Part shown: in pieces, positions 19,645 through 29,030 of the stretch
Layout of the letters: the number at the start of each line of letters is the position of its first letter
Position numbering within the stretch: position 1 is the stretch's first letter
Virus record (IMG/VR): IMGVR_UViG_3300008807_000161
Span: 1 to 46,261 of that record
Reading direction: 5' to 3' (one strand)
Source: a virus
DNA: 46,261 nt
The notes under the pieces: generated by a model
Database searches by the model: none
Seen by the model: only the letters and a program-made list of their open reading frames with translations
Told to the model about the DNA's origin: nothing
Made by a program: the position numbers and the translations under genes

Positions 19645-19660
19645 CCCAATGGAGGGCATC

Positions 19661-20878
19661 ATGGCAATCCCAGAGATCATTGCACAAGCCAAACAAATCG
19701 ACATCGCCGACCTCGTGGGTCGTTACATTTCGTTGGATCGCGCATCGGGCCATGAATGGCAAGGGCCATGCCCGAAGTGTGGCGGCGATGACCGCCTTCA
19801 CTGTACAGATGAATGGTGGTTCTGTCGCCAGTGCCATCCGAAACGCGGTGACGCCATTGACTTCCTGCGCCATGCCACCGGCTGCACCTTCCAAGAGGCG
19901 ACGGAAAAGCTCACTAGCCAACAATGGCCGGAACGCAAACCGCACGTCTACCAACCCAAAGCGCAGCGAGTCGATGACCGCGCCGAAACGTGGTACGAGG
20001 ATGCAACTCGCCTTATGCGCCATCACCAAGTCGCCTTGCCGGGGAGTGAAGGGGCGGAATATCTGCGCGGTCGTGGTTTGCTGCCTGAGACCTGGGCGGA
20101 ATTTGGCCTCGGCTTTGCGCCGGCGATCAAGAATCCTGAAACCGACGTGATGATGCCCGCCATTGCGATTCCCTGGTATCGAGGCGGCAAGATCACCGCC
20201 ATCCGCTACCGATTCCTCAAACCACCGACGAAGCGCAAGATTACTAGCTTGCCAGGGTCGAAGTTTGGCGGCGTGCTTTTTGGCGGCCAGGCGTTGCCCG
20301 ACTGGGTGACATCGCCGCTGCCCTACATCGAACGGGGCTGTGAGCAATGGTGTACGTTGGTCATTTGCGAGGGTGAGATCAACGCCATGAGCATCTGGCA
20401 GGTGGCACATGATACGCACCTGCATGTGATGAGTACCGGCAGCGAGTCAGGTCGCTTGAGCGAGGGGGCCGTGGCTTTTGCCGAACGGTATGGGCGGGTC
20501 ATCATCTGGATGGATAAAGAAGAACTCGCCAAGCAACTGATGGGCCAAGTGTCCAACGCTCACGCCTGCTACTCGCCACAGGGCAAGGACGCCAACGATT
20601 TGTTGCAGGCGGGGTTGCTGGGCAGCTTCCTGCTTGATCAGCGATGGCGCTCGACTCGCTCCGATGATGAACGGTCGCAACTCATCTTTGATTTGTGGGA
20701 CGCAGCCAACGAGGGCGATGGCCTGGAAAGTAGCACAGCCGCGGCGTATCGCAGGCTCTGCGAGCATGTAGGGCGTGCGTTTGACCTTACTGAGTCGGAG
20801 CCTGGTGTGTGGATGACCAAGCGGCGTCTGGTTTTCGATAAGTTCCTTGATGCCCATGTCGACCACGTTGCAACCTAA
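19661..20878 (+). CDS. DnaG-type DNA primase (CHC2 zinc finger plus TOPRIM).
   Basis: ATG 19661 follows GGAGGG. Zinc finger is CPKCGGDDRLHC...CRQCH. TOPRIM is VICEGEINAMS ... IIWMDKEE. Confidence 0.8.
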   Translation: MAIPEIIAQAKQIDIADLVGRYISLDRASGHEWQGPCPKCGGDDRLHCTDEWWFCRQCHPKRGDAIDFLRHATGCTFQEATEKLTSQQWPERKPHVYQPKAQRVDDRAETWYEDATRLMRHHQVALPGSEGAEYLRGRGLLPETWAEFGLGFAPAIKNPETDVMMPAIAIPWYRGGKITAIRYRFLKPPTKRKITSLPGSKFGGVLFGGQALPDWVTSPLPYIERGCEQWCTLVICEGEINAMSIWQVAHDTHLHVMSTGSESGRLSEGAVAFAERYGRVIIWMDKEELAKQLMGQVSNAHACYSPQGKDANDLLQAGLLGSFLLDQRWRSTRSDDERSQLIFDLWDAANEGDGLESSTAAAYRRLCEHVGRAFDLTESEPGVWMTKRRLVFDKFLDAHVDHVAT

Positions 20879-20884
20879 GAAAAC

Positions 20885-21439
20885 ATGAACATCGAACTCG
20901 CAACACCTGCCACCGTCAAAATCACATGGTCTTTTTACGACGCTCCAACTGAGTCCGAGATTGTTCGTCGCCTTAGCACGGTGCCAGGCAGCGAGGGATA
21001 TGGCCGCCGCTACTATGCGCCGACGATTCAGATCTACCGGCTTATGGAATTGTTTCCAAAGGCATCGTTTCAATATGAGGCGTTGGCAGCAGCAGACGGC
21101 ATAGCGCAAGCGTTCTATGAGCAACTGATACATTTTGGCCTTGACCTCGTTTTCGATAAATCTGGGGCCGTCTGTGCGATTGGTGACGGCGTTAGCCCGC
21201 TGGTTCAACAGTTGGTTGATGAAAGACATCATGCGCTCAGGCAGTTTGTTGGGGACAAGCCGCTAAGGGCAACGGTGACAGTCGATGCGCTGCAAGGGCC
21301 AAAGAGCGTGGAAGATGGCAAGTGGGAAACGTGGCTGAACGGTGTCCATAACGCGGCAAAGAAAGAAGCTGCGGACAAGGTACGGTATCCCAAGCGGCGG
21401 CGCAAGAAGATGAAGCAGGGGGAGTTGGGGTATGAATAG
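20885..21439 (+). CDS. Hypothetical protein (184 aa) with a basic C-terminus.
   Basis: Clean ORF ending ...KVRYPKRRRKKMKQGELGYE. Confidence 0.6.
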   Translation: MNIELATPATVKITWSFYDAPTESEIVRRLSTVPGSEGYGRRYYAPTIQIYRLMELFPKASFQYEALAAADGIAQAFYEQLIHFGLDLVFDKSGAVCAIGDGVSPLVQQLVDERHHALRQFVGDKPLRATVTVDALQGPKSVEDGKWETWLNGVHNAAKKEAADKVRYPKRRRKKMKQGELGYE

Positions 21440-21629
21440 GCACATAGGAGCTCGGTGGTTCAGTCGTCGCCCACTATGGATGCAGAACCTAGTTTATCGG
21501 CTAACGGGATGGCATGTGGTCTGGGTGTGGCGAACCTATCGCAGTGATCTCGGATTGTTTGCTATAAGTGCCAAGCACAAAGTGTACCAGTGGACGCGGT
21601 TCCCAAGGGAGTATTGCAGACATGACTGA
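21432..21629 (+). CDS. Hypothetical protein (65 aa), Trp/Arg-rich.
   Basis: 8-nt overlaps with both neighbouring genes. Confidence 0.45.
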   Translation: MNRHIGARWFSRRPLWMQNLVYRLTGWHVVWVWRTYRSDLGLFAISAKHKVYQWTRFPREYCRHD

Positions 21630-22110
21630 GCGCGAACTAGCCGAGATGCTACGCAACAACCCTGACCTGACAATTGAGGGCAACATGATAGCCGCGGTGG
21701 ATAGGCGCGCCAATCCCAATAGCGATGTTGCCTGTCGCCCTGGCGGTGTCGGACTAAGTGAGCATGAACTTCAAGCGGCAATCATCGCGGAGTGTGATCG
21801 GCGTAGCGTTTTGCGAGTCGAGTATTCGCTTATTTTTGCCATCCCCAACGGTGGGCATCGTCACCCAGCCGTGGCCGCCAAGCTCAAGGCAGAGGGCGTG
21901 CGGGCAGGTGTGCCGGATTTGCTGTTGCCTGTGGCACGGCAAGGGTATCATGGTCTGTTTTTGGAGCTAAAAGTGTCGCCGAATAAGCCGAGCCAAGCGC
22001 AGTTAGATTGGTTACGCAATCTCAGGTCTGAGGGCTATCTGTGCCATGTCGTGTGGGACAGCGTTGATGAGGCGATGGGGCTGATTGAGTGGTATTTGGA
22101 GGGCAAGTAA
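21622..22110 (+). CDS. VRR-NUC domain nuclease.
   Basis: ORF 21568..22110 trimmed to MTERELAEM. Motifs are GVPDLLL...GLFLELKV...SQAQLDWLRNLRSEGY. Confidence 0.7.
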   Translation: MTERELAEMLRNNPDLTIEGNMIAAVDRRANPNSDVACRPGGVGLSEHELQAAIIAECDRRSVLRVEYSLIFAIPNGGHRHPAVAAKLKAEGVRAGVPDLLLPVARQGYHGLFLELKVSPNKPSQAQLDWLRNLRSEGYLCHVVWDSVDEAMGLIEWYLEGK

Positions 22111-22316
22111 TGGGAGCCGATAAGACGCTCAAGCTGAGTGGCAAAGCCGTATGCAGGGCCAATGGCAACAAGTTGGAAATCGAAGGGCTTGATGGCCTGA
22201 TCACGGCGGTGGTCGGTGATGCGAATGGCAATGTGCTGTTGATGTATCACCCGCTGTCTGGTTGGTATGTCGAGATGGATATGCGGAAAGAGGGTAACGA
22301 TGGGCAACCCAAATGA
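22110..22316 (+). CDS. Hypothetical protein (68 aa).
   Basis: TAATG overlap. Sequence is MGADKTLKLSGKAV... Confidence 0.5.
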   Translation: MGADKTLKLSGKAVCRANGNKLEIEGLDGLITAVVGDANGNVLLMYHPLSGWYVEMDMRKEGNDGQPK

Positions 22317-22506
22317 TCGCCATGCCGTTCGCGTGCGTATTCGGGATGGCGCGTTTCATTACAAGCAATGTCGCATCGTTCGCAATCCAATCAGAGATGC
22401 CCAACAAGCGATTGACCTGCTACAGCAAGGCAGGGTCATCTGGCTTTTGCAGGATGCCCAGCTATTCAACACGGTTCAGCGGGCGATTGAAGGGAGAGCA
22501 GGATAA
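22300..22506 (+). CDS. Hypothetical protein (68 aa).
   Basis: ATG 22300 follows GAAAGAGGG. Confidence 0.5.
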   Translation: MGNPNDRHAVRVRIRDGAFHYKQCRIVRNPIRDAQQAIDLLQQGRVIWLLQDAQLFNTVQRAIEGRAG

Positions 22507-22727
22507 TGGCAGTCGCAGGCGGCGTACAGCCATCACGGGCAATGCAGATCGTAGACGGCAAACTCACGGTGAGTGATAGGGTTGTGCAGCGCGTAGGCGT
22601 GGTCAGCGACTTGGATACGGTCATTGCGCGGCTCTTTGATGGCAAAGAGGTAGCGGTTGCCGTTTACGGCGATCTCATTGGCCGCGTACAACGCACGGTG
22701 GAGATGGCCCTGCAAGGCAAGAAATAG
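22506..22727 (+). CDS. Hypothetical protein (73 aa).
   Basis: TAATG overlap with the upstream gene. Confidence 0.5.
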   Translation: MAVAGGVQPSRAMQIVDGKLTVSDRVVQRVGVVSDLDTVIARLFDGKEVAVAVYGDLIGRVQRTVEMALQGKK

Positions 22728-22742
22728 AGTCGAGTCCCCCCC

Positions 22743-22967
22743 ATGAGCCATGTCGAAGCGCACGAATTCAATGCTCATCAACGCGCCGTCAAGGTCAAGG
22801 AATGGCTAGACGCCGGTGAACGGTTGACGATGGCAGAGATTGCGCGACGCACCGGCCTCTCGATCAACGGGGCGAAGTACATGATGGCGGCCATCGCTGC
22901 CATTCAGCCATATCACGAGATTTACGGGGAATGGCAGCGAGTGAAGTCTGACTGCACAACGCCGTGA
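22743..22967 (+). CDS. Small HTH protein, candidate late-gene regulator.
   Basis: LTMAEIARRTGLSINGAKYMM. It is the last gene before the lysis/packaging block. Confidence 0.5.
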   Translation: MSHVEAHEFNAHQRAVKVKEWLDAGERLTMAEIARRTGLSINGAKYMMAAIAAIQPYHEIYGEWQRVKSDCTTP

Positions 22968-23008
22968 TACGCTCCTGGTAAACCCCGAAATCTAAAGGAG
23001 ATGGCATT

Positions 23009-23389
23009 GTGCTTCAGTTAGCAGAGCGATTCTTGGATAGCATTGACAGCAGCGGCGGCGGATGGCCGGTCTTAGTTTTGGTCTTGGTCTTGGCGGCCAT
23101 TGTCTATCTGGCTCGATTTATGCTGAGTCGTCAGATGAAAACTGCGGAGCAACGTGTCCAGGATCGCAAGGCTGAGTTTGAGGCACAGTTGGAGCGGGAG
23201 CGGGACAATGCGCGCAACTATCAGGACACGACCAATCGCATGGTTGAGGCGTTCGACAAGAACACAACCGCCATTGCCGAGTTTTCGAGTATCTTGCGCC
23301 CGATGTCGGACACGCTGAATCGGCTGGATCGGCATATGGAAGTAAGCAATTCGTTTAGACAACGCAGCAAACCGAGGGATGCGGAATGA
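23009..23389 (+). CDS. Putative holin (single TM plus coiled coil).
   Basis: GTG 23009 lies 8 nt after AGGAG. TM segment WPVLVLVLVLAAIVYLARFML. It is immediately upstream of and overlaps the endolysin gene. Confidence 0.55.
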   Translation: MLQLAERFLDSIDSSGGGWPVLVLVLVLAAIVYLARFMLSRQMKTAEQRVQDRKAEFEAQLERERDNARNYQDTTNRMVEAFDKNTTAIAEFSSILRPMSDTLNRLDRHMEVSNSFRQRSKPRDAE

Positions 23390-25029
23390 CTAGTATCTTA
23401 GGGCCGTACTACTCACCTACTCACTGGTATCCCCAGGACGAAGAGTACATGCGTCAGCTTGACCCTGCATGGGTGAACATTCATCAACCATCAGCGCGGG
23501 CGATTCAGCAGGTGCAAGATGCTGCCCCCAACGCGCGCATTATGCTGCGCTCGTGGGACATCGATGATCACGACGGTGACCGCAAGCGCGAGATGTACGC
23601 GGATCCCAGAGGGGCAGCACGCAAGCATCTTGAGATGTGGCGCGCCAAGTGGGACGAACTTGTAACGGAGATGCACCGCAACGGCTGGCGGGCTGAAACT
23701 GACCGTTGGTATATCAGTCTGGTCAATGAGCCTGACCCGGCCTATGTGCCGCAGGTGGTCGAGTATTCAGCAGAGGCGATGTTCATTGTGCGCGGCACGC
23801 TGATTCGTTTGGGGTTGGTGGCATCGTCTGTCGGCACCTTTGCCAAGCCGAGCGAGGGTGACTACGGTTGGACGCAGTTCATCCCGCTGGAAAAGCCGAT
23901 CAACGATGGCGGCCACATTCTGATCGCCCACGAATACTGGCAACCAGAGGGGCCGAGTTTTGGCGAGGATGGCGGGAATCTGGCGTGGCGACATCACAGC
24001 ATCCCGCTTGATGTGCCGATCCTCATCCGGGAGTCCGGGGCAAATGGCTACATCTATGGCCGGTATTCCGAGAACGATGATTCCGGTTGGCAAAAGACGG
24101 TCAAGGATGAACATGGCAATCCTGATCCCTACAAGTATGCAGAGCAAGTGAAAGAGTTCATCGAAGGCTGTGACACCCGCGTTAAGGGCGTGTTGCTCTA
24201 CATGCTCGACTTCCATGATGACCAGTGGTGGAGCTTCAACACGCAACCGGCGATGCACCAGTTGCTTGCCATCAAGGACGCGCGACCACGGAAACCGTCG
24301 CCTTTTGCCAAGCCGGTCGAAACGCATCTCCCCGCTATCAGCAACGGGAATCCGCCGGTGGCAGGGCAAGCGGCTTATGTCGCTGTGCCTGCGGGCGCAA
24401 ACTTGCGAAGCAATCCCTATATCACGAACGGCAATCTGCTGTTGACGTTGCCCTACGGGGAGGCGGTTGAGGTCATTCGGGCAATTGATGACGGGCAATG
24501 GTCGCAGGTGCGCTATCAAAGCATGAGTGGGTTTATTAAATCCGACCTATTGAGCCGCGAATTGGCGGAAAAGCTACCCCAAACAGATATGCGGAGCAAT
24601 TGGGAACGCGCATGGCCCATTGTGCTAAAAATCGAGGGCGGGCTTTCGCTCGATCCTAACGATAGCGGCAACTACTATCAGGGCCAGTTGGTTGGCACGA
24701 AGTACGGGATCAGCGCGGCGGTGTGGGGTGGGCAGTACGACATTCCGAAGTTGACCCAAGAGGAGGCGTTGCAGATTTATCGGACGCACTATTGGGAGGC
24801 GGCGGGATGTGATCGGTTGCCCTGGCCGATGTGTTTGATTCATTTTGACACGGCGGTTCAGCATGGCGTAGGTGTTGCGAATGAAATTCTGAATTCCATG
24901 CCGACCAGAGAGCAAATTTACTTGGGTATCCGCTCCTTGCGCTACATGGACGATCCCAAGTGGCGGCTCTATGGCGAGGCATGGGGTATGCGAGTGGATC
25001 ATCTTCAAGACATTGCAAAGGGAGCCTAA
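23386..25029 (+). CDS. Three-domain endolysin: clan GH-A-like TIM-barrel glycosidase, bacterial SH3 domain, and GH108 lysozyme.
   Basis: The N-terminal domain has LVNEPD and ILIRESG (NEP acid/base and E-x-G nucleophile patterns). The middle domain is YVAVPAGANLRSNPY...GQWSQVRYQSMSGFIKSDLL (SH3). The C-terminal domain is WPIVLKIEGGLSLDPNDSG...TKYGIS...YRTHYW...FDTAVQHG (GH108 pattern). Confidence 0.75.
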   Translation: MTSILGPYYSPTHWYPQDEEYMRQLDPAWVNIHQPSARAIQQVQDAAPNARIMLRSWDIDDHDGDRKREMYADPRGAARKHLEMWRAKWDELVTEMHRNGWRAETDRWYISLVNEPDPAYVPQVVEYSAEAMFIVRGTLIRLGLVASSVGTFAKPSEGDYGWTQFIPLEKPINDGGHILIAHEYWQPEGPSFGEDGGNLAWRHHSIPLDVPILIRESGANGYIYGRYSENDDSGWQKTVKDEHGNPDPYKYAEQVKEFIEGCDTRVKGVLLYMLDFHDDQWWSFNTQPAMHQLLAIKDARPRKPSPFAKPVETHLPAISNGNPPVAGQAAYVAVPAGANLRSNPYITNGNLLLTLPYGEAVEVIRAIDDGQWSQVRYQSMSGFIKSDLLSRELAEKLPQTDMRSNWERAWPIVLKIEGGLSLDPNDSGNYYQGQLVGTKYGISAAVWGGQYDIPKLTQEEALQIYRTHYWEAAGCDRLPWPMCLIHFDTAVQHGVGVANEILNSMPTREQIYLGIRSLRYMDDPKWRLYGEAWGMRVDHLQDIAKGA

Positions 25030-25031
25030 TC

Positions 25032-25502
25032 ATGGATTTCACCAATCCAACCGTCATCTTCAACACAGTCATTGTCTTGCTGGTTCTGGGTATCTTCTAC
25101 CTGCTGTTGCGCCGGTCGTGGGCAGCGCGCCCCGACGAAGAAATGGACATTTTCGAGTACGGTCAACTCATCCTCCAAGCCGAGCAAACGGCTCGCATTA
25201 TCGTGCGCGGTGTGCAAGAGGCATGGCGCACCGGCGAGTTGGACGATGACGAGCGCGAAGAGGACGCTATTGACCAACTGGCAGAACTCTACCCGGAACT
25301 TGATGAGGTGGTGTTGCGGCGCATCGTCAAATCGGCGGTTTATCTTTTGCGACAGGCGGCTGGTAAGCAGGTGGATCGGGTCATGGAGCAGGTTCCCGAC
25401 GCCAGCGCAGGGCGTGTAGGCGGTACGGGCGGTATCGTTTTGCCGGGCGGCACGATTTCGGGCGCAAGTCTGCGTGACATTACCGAGGGGCATTCACTGT
25501 AG
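25032..25502 (+). CDS. N-terminally anchored membrane protein, a lysis accessory candidate.
   Basis: ORF 24960..25502 trimmed to ATG 25032, which follows GGAG. TM segment VIFNTVIVLLVLGIFYLLL. Confidence 0.5.
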   Translation: MDFTNPTVIFNTVIVLLVLGIFYLLLRRSWAARPDEEMDIFEYGQLILQAEQTARIIVRGVQEAWRTGELDDDEREEDAIDQLAELYPELDEVVLRRIVKSAVYLLRQAAGKQVDRVMEQVPDASAGRVGGTGGIVLPGGTISGASLRDITEGHSL

Positions 25503-25505
25503 TCA

Positions 25506-26033
25506 ATGGCCTTGACAGTTAAGCAGCAGCTATTCGTCACCGAGTACATCCGGCTCCGTAATGCCACCAAAGCGGCAAGGGCGGCGGGCTACTCGAAAGA
25601 CAGCGCCCATATCATTGGCTGGGAGAATCTTCGCAAGCCCGAAATTGCGAAGGCGATTCAGCAGCACTTCGCGGCGTCGGCAATGTCGGCGGGTGAGGTG
25701 CTTAGTCTTTTGGCGGAACAGGCGCGAGCCGATTATGCCGAGTACATGACCGTGGATGCCAACAAAAATCCTATCGTCGATTTGGCGCGCCTGATTGCCG
25801 ATGGCAAGGCACACCTTGTCAAGAGCATCAAGTACACGCGCTATGGCGTCAACGTCGAATTCCACAGCGTCGAAGCCGCAAGGGAGATCATCTTCCGTGG
25901 GCATGGCCTCGACAAAGGTACGCTCGAAGAACCGCAACACACCGTGCAGTGGACGGTCGAAGAGTGGAAAGCCGAGCAGGAAAAGCGTCGGAATCAGGCC
26001 GCTGAGACAATGGCGGATTTTGAGGATGAATAG
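25506..26033 (+). CDS. terS: Terminase small subunit (Terminase_2-like).
   Basis: LTVKQQLFVTEYIRLRNATKAARAAGYSKDSAHIIGWENLRKPEIAKAI. Confidence 0.8.
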   Translation: MALTVKQQLFVTEYIRLRNATKAARAAGYSKDSAHIIGWENLRKPEIAKAIQQHFAASAMSAGEVLSLLAEQARADYAEYMTVDANKNPIVDLARLIADGKAHLVKSIKYTRYGVNVEFHSVEAAREIIFRGHGLDKGTLEEPQHTVQWTVEEWKAEQEKRRNQAAETMADFEDE

Positions 26034-27508
26034 TGGCATGGGTCGCGAAAACGCAACGTTGCCAGTTTCTAGTTGACAACCTTGACCTGGAGGCGGCGTC
26101 GGGATTTCCAGGGGCAAGGTGGGAGCATTTCCAACTCGAACTTTTACAAAACGATAACATCTTTGGCGTCGAGGTGAAGAGTCGTCAGATTGCCTGGTCA
26201 TTTGCCAGCGCATGTGACGCCGTGGCAGATGGCATCCTGGGCGGGATCAGTAGCGTCTTTGTGTCCATCAACTTGGACGAAGCGAAAGAAAAGATTCGCT
26301 ACTCCAAGAATGTGATTGAAGCCTTGCCCAAATCAATGCGGCCTCGACTCATCACGGACAACCGCACTGAGCTTGAGTTTCACAATGGCGCACGTCTGAT
26401 TAGCCTTCCCGCTACGGCCCCGCGTGGCAAGGCGCAAATGAACGTCTACCTCGACGAATTCGCCCACGTTCGAGACGACGTGCTGATTTACACGGCAGCC
26501 TTGCCTATGATTACCAAGGGCAGCCGACGCTTGCGGATGGCAAGCTCGCCGATGGGGGCCAGTGGACGCTTTTGGGAGGTGGCAACCGAGAGTATCCGCA
26601 AGTATCCAGGCTACACTCGCAAACTCACGCCGTGGTGGGAAGTTCACGCCTTTTGCCTCAACGTCAAAGAGGCGCGCAAATTAGCTCCAACGCTCACCAC
26701 ATTTCAGCGCGTGGAGATGTTTGGCAATGAGCGCATAAAGGCGATCTACGCCAACCTACCAGAAGAGGATTTCCAGCAGGAATATGAGTGCGTTTTTGTT
26801 GATGAGTCAACGGCATGGATTACCTGGGAGGAGATCCAAGATGTGCAGGATGCCAACCTGGTTTGTGTGACTGCCACTAGCCGAGAGAAGAACATCGCCA
26901 ACGCCATGCAAGCCATTGATGACCTGGCAAGGCTGGTTCGCAAGGGGCAAGCTGAGAGCGTTTTGGTTGGCGGCCTAGATGTGGGTCGCACTCGCAACAC
27001 GACAGAGTTGTTTTTGGTAGGCATGAACATGCTAGGCAGTTTCCCGCTCCGACTAGCCATCACCCTTGACATGATGGATTTTGATAGTCAGCGCGATGTA
27101 GTGGCCTACGCCATGCAGAAATTGCCGATTATCGGCGTGCTGGTTGACCAGAACGGTATTGGGCGCAACTTAGCTGAAACACTAGAGAGGATGTTTCCTG
27201 GTAAGGTGGCGGGTGTTGATTTTACCCATCAAAGCAAGTTGGTTTGGGCCACGGACGCCAAGACGCTGATCCAGCAGCGTAAGACGCCTTTGCCCGCCGA
27301 GCGAGAGATTGCCTATCAGATACACAGCATCAAGCGCACGATTACGGGCAGCAAGAATCTGGTCTTTGACACGGCTCGAAACGAAAAACACCATGCTGAC
27401 AAATTTTGGGCATGGGCATTGGCACTAGCCACGGCGAGAGTAGTTGGCACGCCAGCGCAGACGCAGACGGTTATTCACGAGGAGGCGGTGAGCATTTCAC
27501 CGTACTGA
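26033..27508 (+). CDS. terL: Terminase large subunit.
   Basis: GTG 26033 overlaps the TerS stop. Walker A-like KSRQIAWSF, Walker B NVYLDEFAHV, and a C-terminal nuclease-size domain. Its position follows TerS. Confidence 0.8.
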   Translation: MAWVAKTQRCQFLVDNLDLEAASGFPGARWEHFQLELLQNDNIFGVEVKSRQIAWSFASACDAVADGILGGISSVFVSINLDEAKEKIRYSKNVIEALPKSMRPRLITDNRTELEFHNGARLISLPATAPRGKAQMNVYLDEFAHVRDDVLIYTAALPMITKGSRRLRMASSPMGASGRFWEVATESIRKYPGYTRKLTPWWEVHAFCLNVKEARKLAPTLTTFQRVEMFGNERIKAIYANLPEEDFQQEYECVFVDESTAWITWEEIQDVQDANLVCVTATSREKNIANAMQAIDDLARLVRKGQAESVLVGGLDVGRTRNTTELFLVGMNMLGSFPLRLAITLDMMDFDSQRDVVAYAMQKLPIIGVLVDQNGIGRNLAETLERMFPGKVAGVDFTHQSKLVWATDAKTLIQQRKTPLPAEREIAYQIHSIKRTITGSKNLVFDTARNEKHHADKFWAWALALATARVVGTPAQTQTVIHEEAVSISPY

Positions 27509-27509
27509 C

Positions 27510-29027
27510 ATGAGCGAACAAATTGCCGAACTTTTAGAGCGCATTGATGCTTTGGAATATGCCCTAGACACTCCTGAATGGCGACGCTTAACGCAGAGTG
27601 CGGATCAGGAATTTACGCGGGCTGGGCTGAGAAATTTGACCGAGCTTGCCAGGGTGATGCGGCTGAAGAACCCGCTGATTAAACGCGGCGTGGAGATTAA
27701 GAAGCTGTATGTGTGGGGTCAAGGATGGACGGTCAAGGCGTCGGATAAGCGCATTCAGGAGGTGATTGATGCCTTTCTTTATGATCCCAAAAACGACGAT
27801 GTGATTGGCAGTCACGAAGCGAGGATGCAGCTTGAGGTGGATTTGGAGACAGACGGCAATTTGTTCTTTTGCTTTTTTGTCAATCGCGCAACAGGTCGGG
27901 TGCGCGTGCGGACGATTAACTTTGATGAGATTGAGGATGTGATCCGCAATCCCGACGATGCCAAAGAGCCGTGGTTCTATAAGCGGCTTTGGACGGAGCA
28001 GCGTTTTAACCCTGACAATGGCAGCATCGAGATGGTGCAGCGCACTGCCTATTATCCAGACTGGCGATATATGCCGGTGGCGCAGACGCCAAATGCCATC
28101 AATGGGTATCCCGTTTTCTGGGATAAGCCGATCTACCACATTAAGGTCGGCGGCTACTCGAATTGGAAATTTGGTTTATCGGAGTTTTACGACGCAATTG
28201 ACTGGGCGGCGGCCTATAAAAATTTCTTGGAGGACTGGGCCGCAATTGTGCGCGCCTATCGTCGCTTTGCATTTCAGTTGACGACGAGCGGCAACAATAA
28301 AGTCGTGACTGCGGCAAAAAGCCGATTGACAACGACATTGCAGGCCGCGGCTACGGATGAGACAAAGGCGAAAGTAGGCGGCATGTTCGTCGCTGGCGAG
28401 GGCTATGATCTCGCTCCTATTCGTACCAGTGGCGCAACGGTCAGCGCGGAGGATGGGCGGCGGTTGCTGTTGATGGTGGCCGCCAGCTTTGGCCTAAGCG
28501 AAACGTTCTTTGGCGATGCGGACATCGGTTCGCTCGCCACGGCAAAATCGCTTGATCGACCAACAGAGTTGATGATGGAAGATCGCCAGACGTTGTGGCG
28601 GGATGTGTTTCTCAATATCTTTGCGTTTGTCATGCGGTGGGCGGTGAAAGCTCCGAGTGGCGCGCTGCGTAGTCTGGGTGCAATCAGAGATAAAATTGAG
28701 GATGGGCAGCACAACGAAACCGTTGAGTGGGCAGAGACCGACGATGGCAAGTTCGTTGATGATGTGTCGGTCGAATTCCCGCCATTGCTGCAACACGATG
28801 TGCCGCAGATGGTGACGGCCATTGTGCAGGCAGCGACGTTGGGCGCAGGTGGACAATTGGCTGGGACAATTGACCTGCCTACATTGAGTCGTGTTCTGCT
28901 CACTTTACTCGGCGTGGCGGATGCTGATGAGATTGTCGAGCGTTTATTCCCGAATGGCGAAGTGCCAGAGGAACCGGCGGGCGGAAATGATGAGCAATTG
29001 CCGGAGCGCACAACCGGCGAGGAGTAG
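27510..29027 (+). CDS. Portal protein (called from position and size).
   Basis: 505 aa, directly after TerL, with an acidic C-terminus. No motif was recognised by eye. Confidence 0.65.
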   Translation: MSEQIAELLERIDALEYALDTPEWRRLTQSADQEFTRAGLRNLTELARVMRLKNPLIKRGVEIKKLYVWGQGWTVKASDKRIQEVIDAFLYDPKNDDVIGSHEARMQLEVDLETDGNLFFCFFVNRATGRVRVRTINFDEIEDVIRNPDDAKEPWFYKRLWTEQRFNPDNGSIEMVQRTAYYPDWRYMPVAQTPNAINGYPVFWDKPIYHIKVGGYSNWKFGLSEFYDAIDWAAAYKNFLEDWAAIVRAYRRFAFQLTTSGNNKVVTAAKSRLTTTLQAAATDETKAKVGGMFVAGEGYDLAPIRTSGATVSAEDGRRLLLMVAASFGLSETFFGDADIGSLATAKSLDRPTELMMEDRQTLWRDVFLNIFAFVMRWAVKAPSGALRSLGAIRDKIEDGQHNETVEWAETDDGKFVDDVSVEFPPLLQHDVPQMVTAIVQAATLGAGGQLAGTIDLPTLSRVLLTLLGVADADEIVERLFPNGEVPEEPAGGNDEQLPERTTGEE

Positions 29028-29030
29028 CGG

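Noticed and set aside
22978-22985. An extra iteron-like GTAAACCC upstream of the lysis cassette, and GGATTTACGGG at 12254..12264 upstream of the 12275 gene.
   Set aside because: The first is only an 8-mer core match and the second is a one-mismatch match. At these lengths about one chance occurrence per genome is expected, so they are not counted as sites. Only the perfect 10-mer at 11440..11449 seemed worth flagging.
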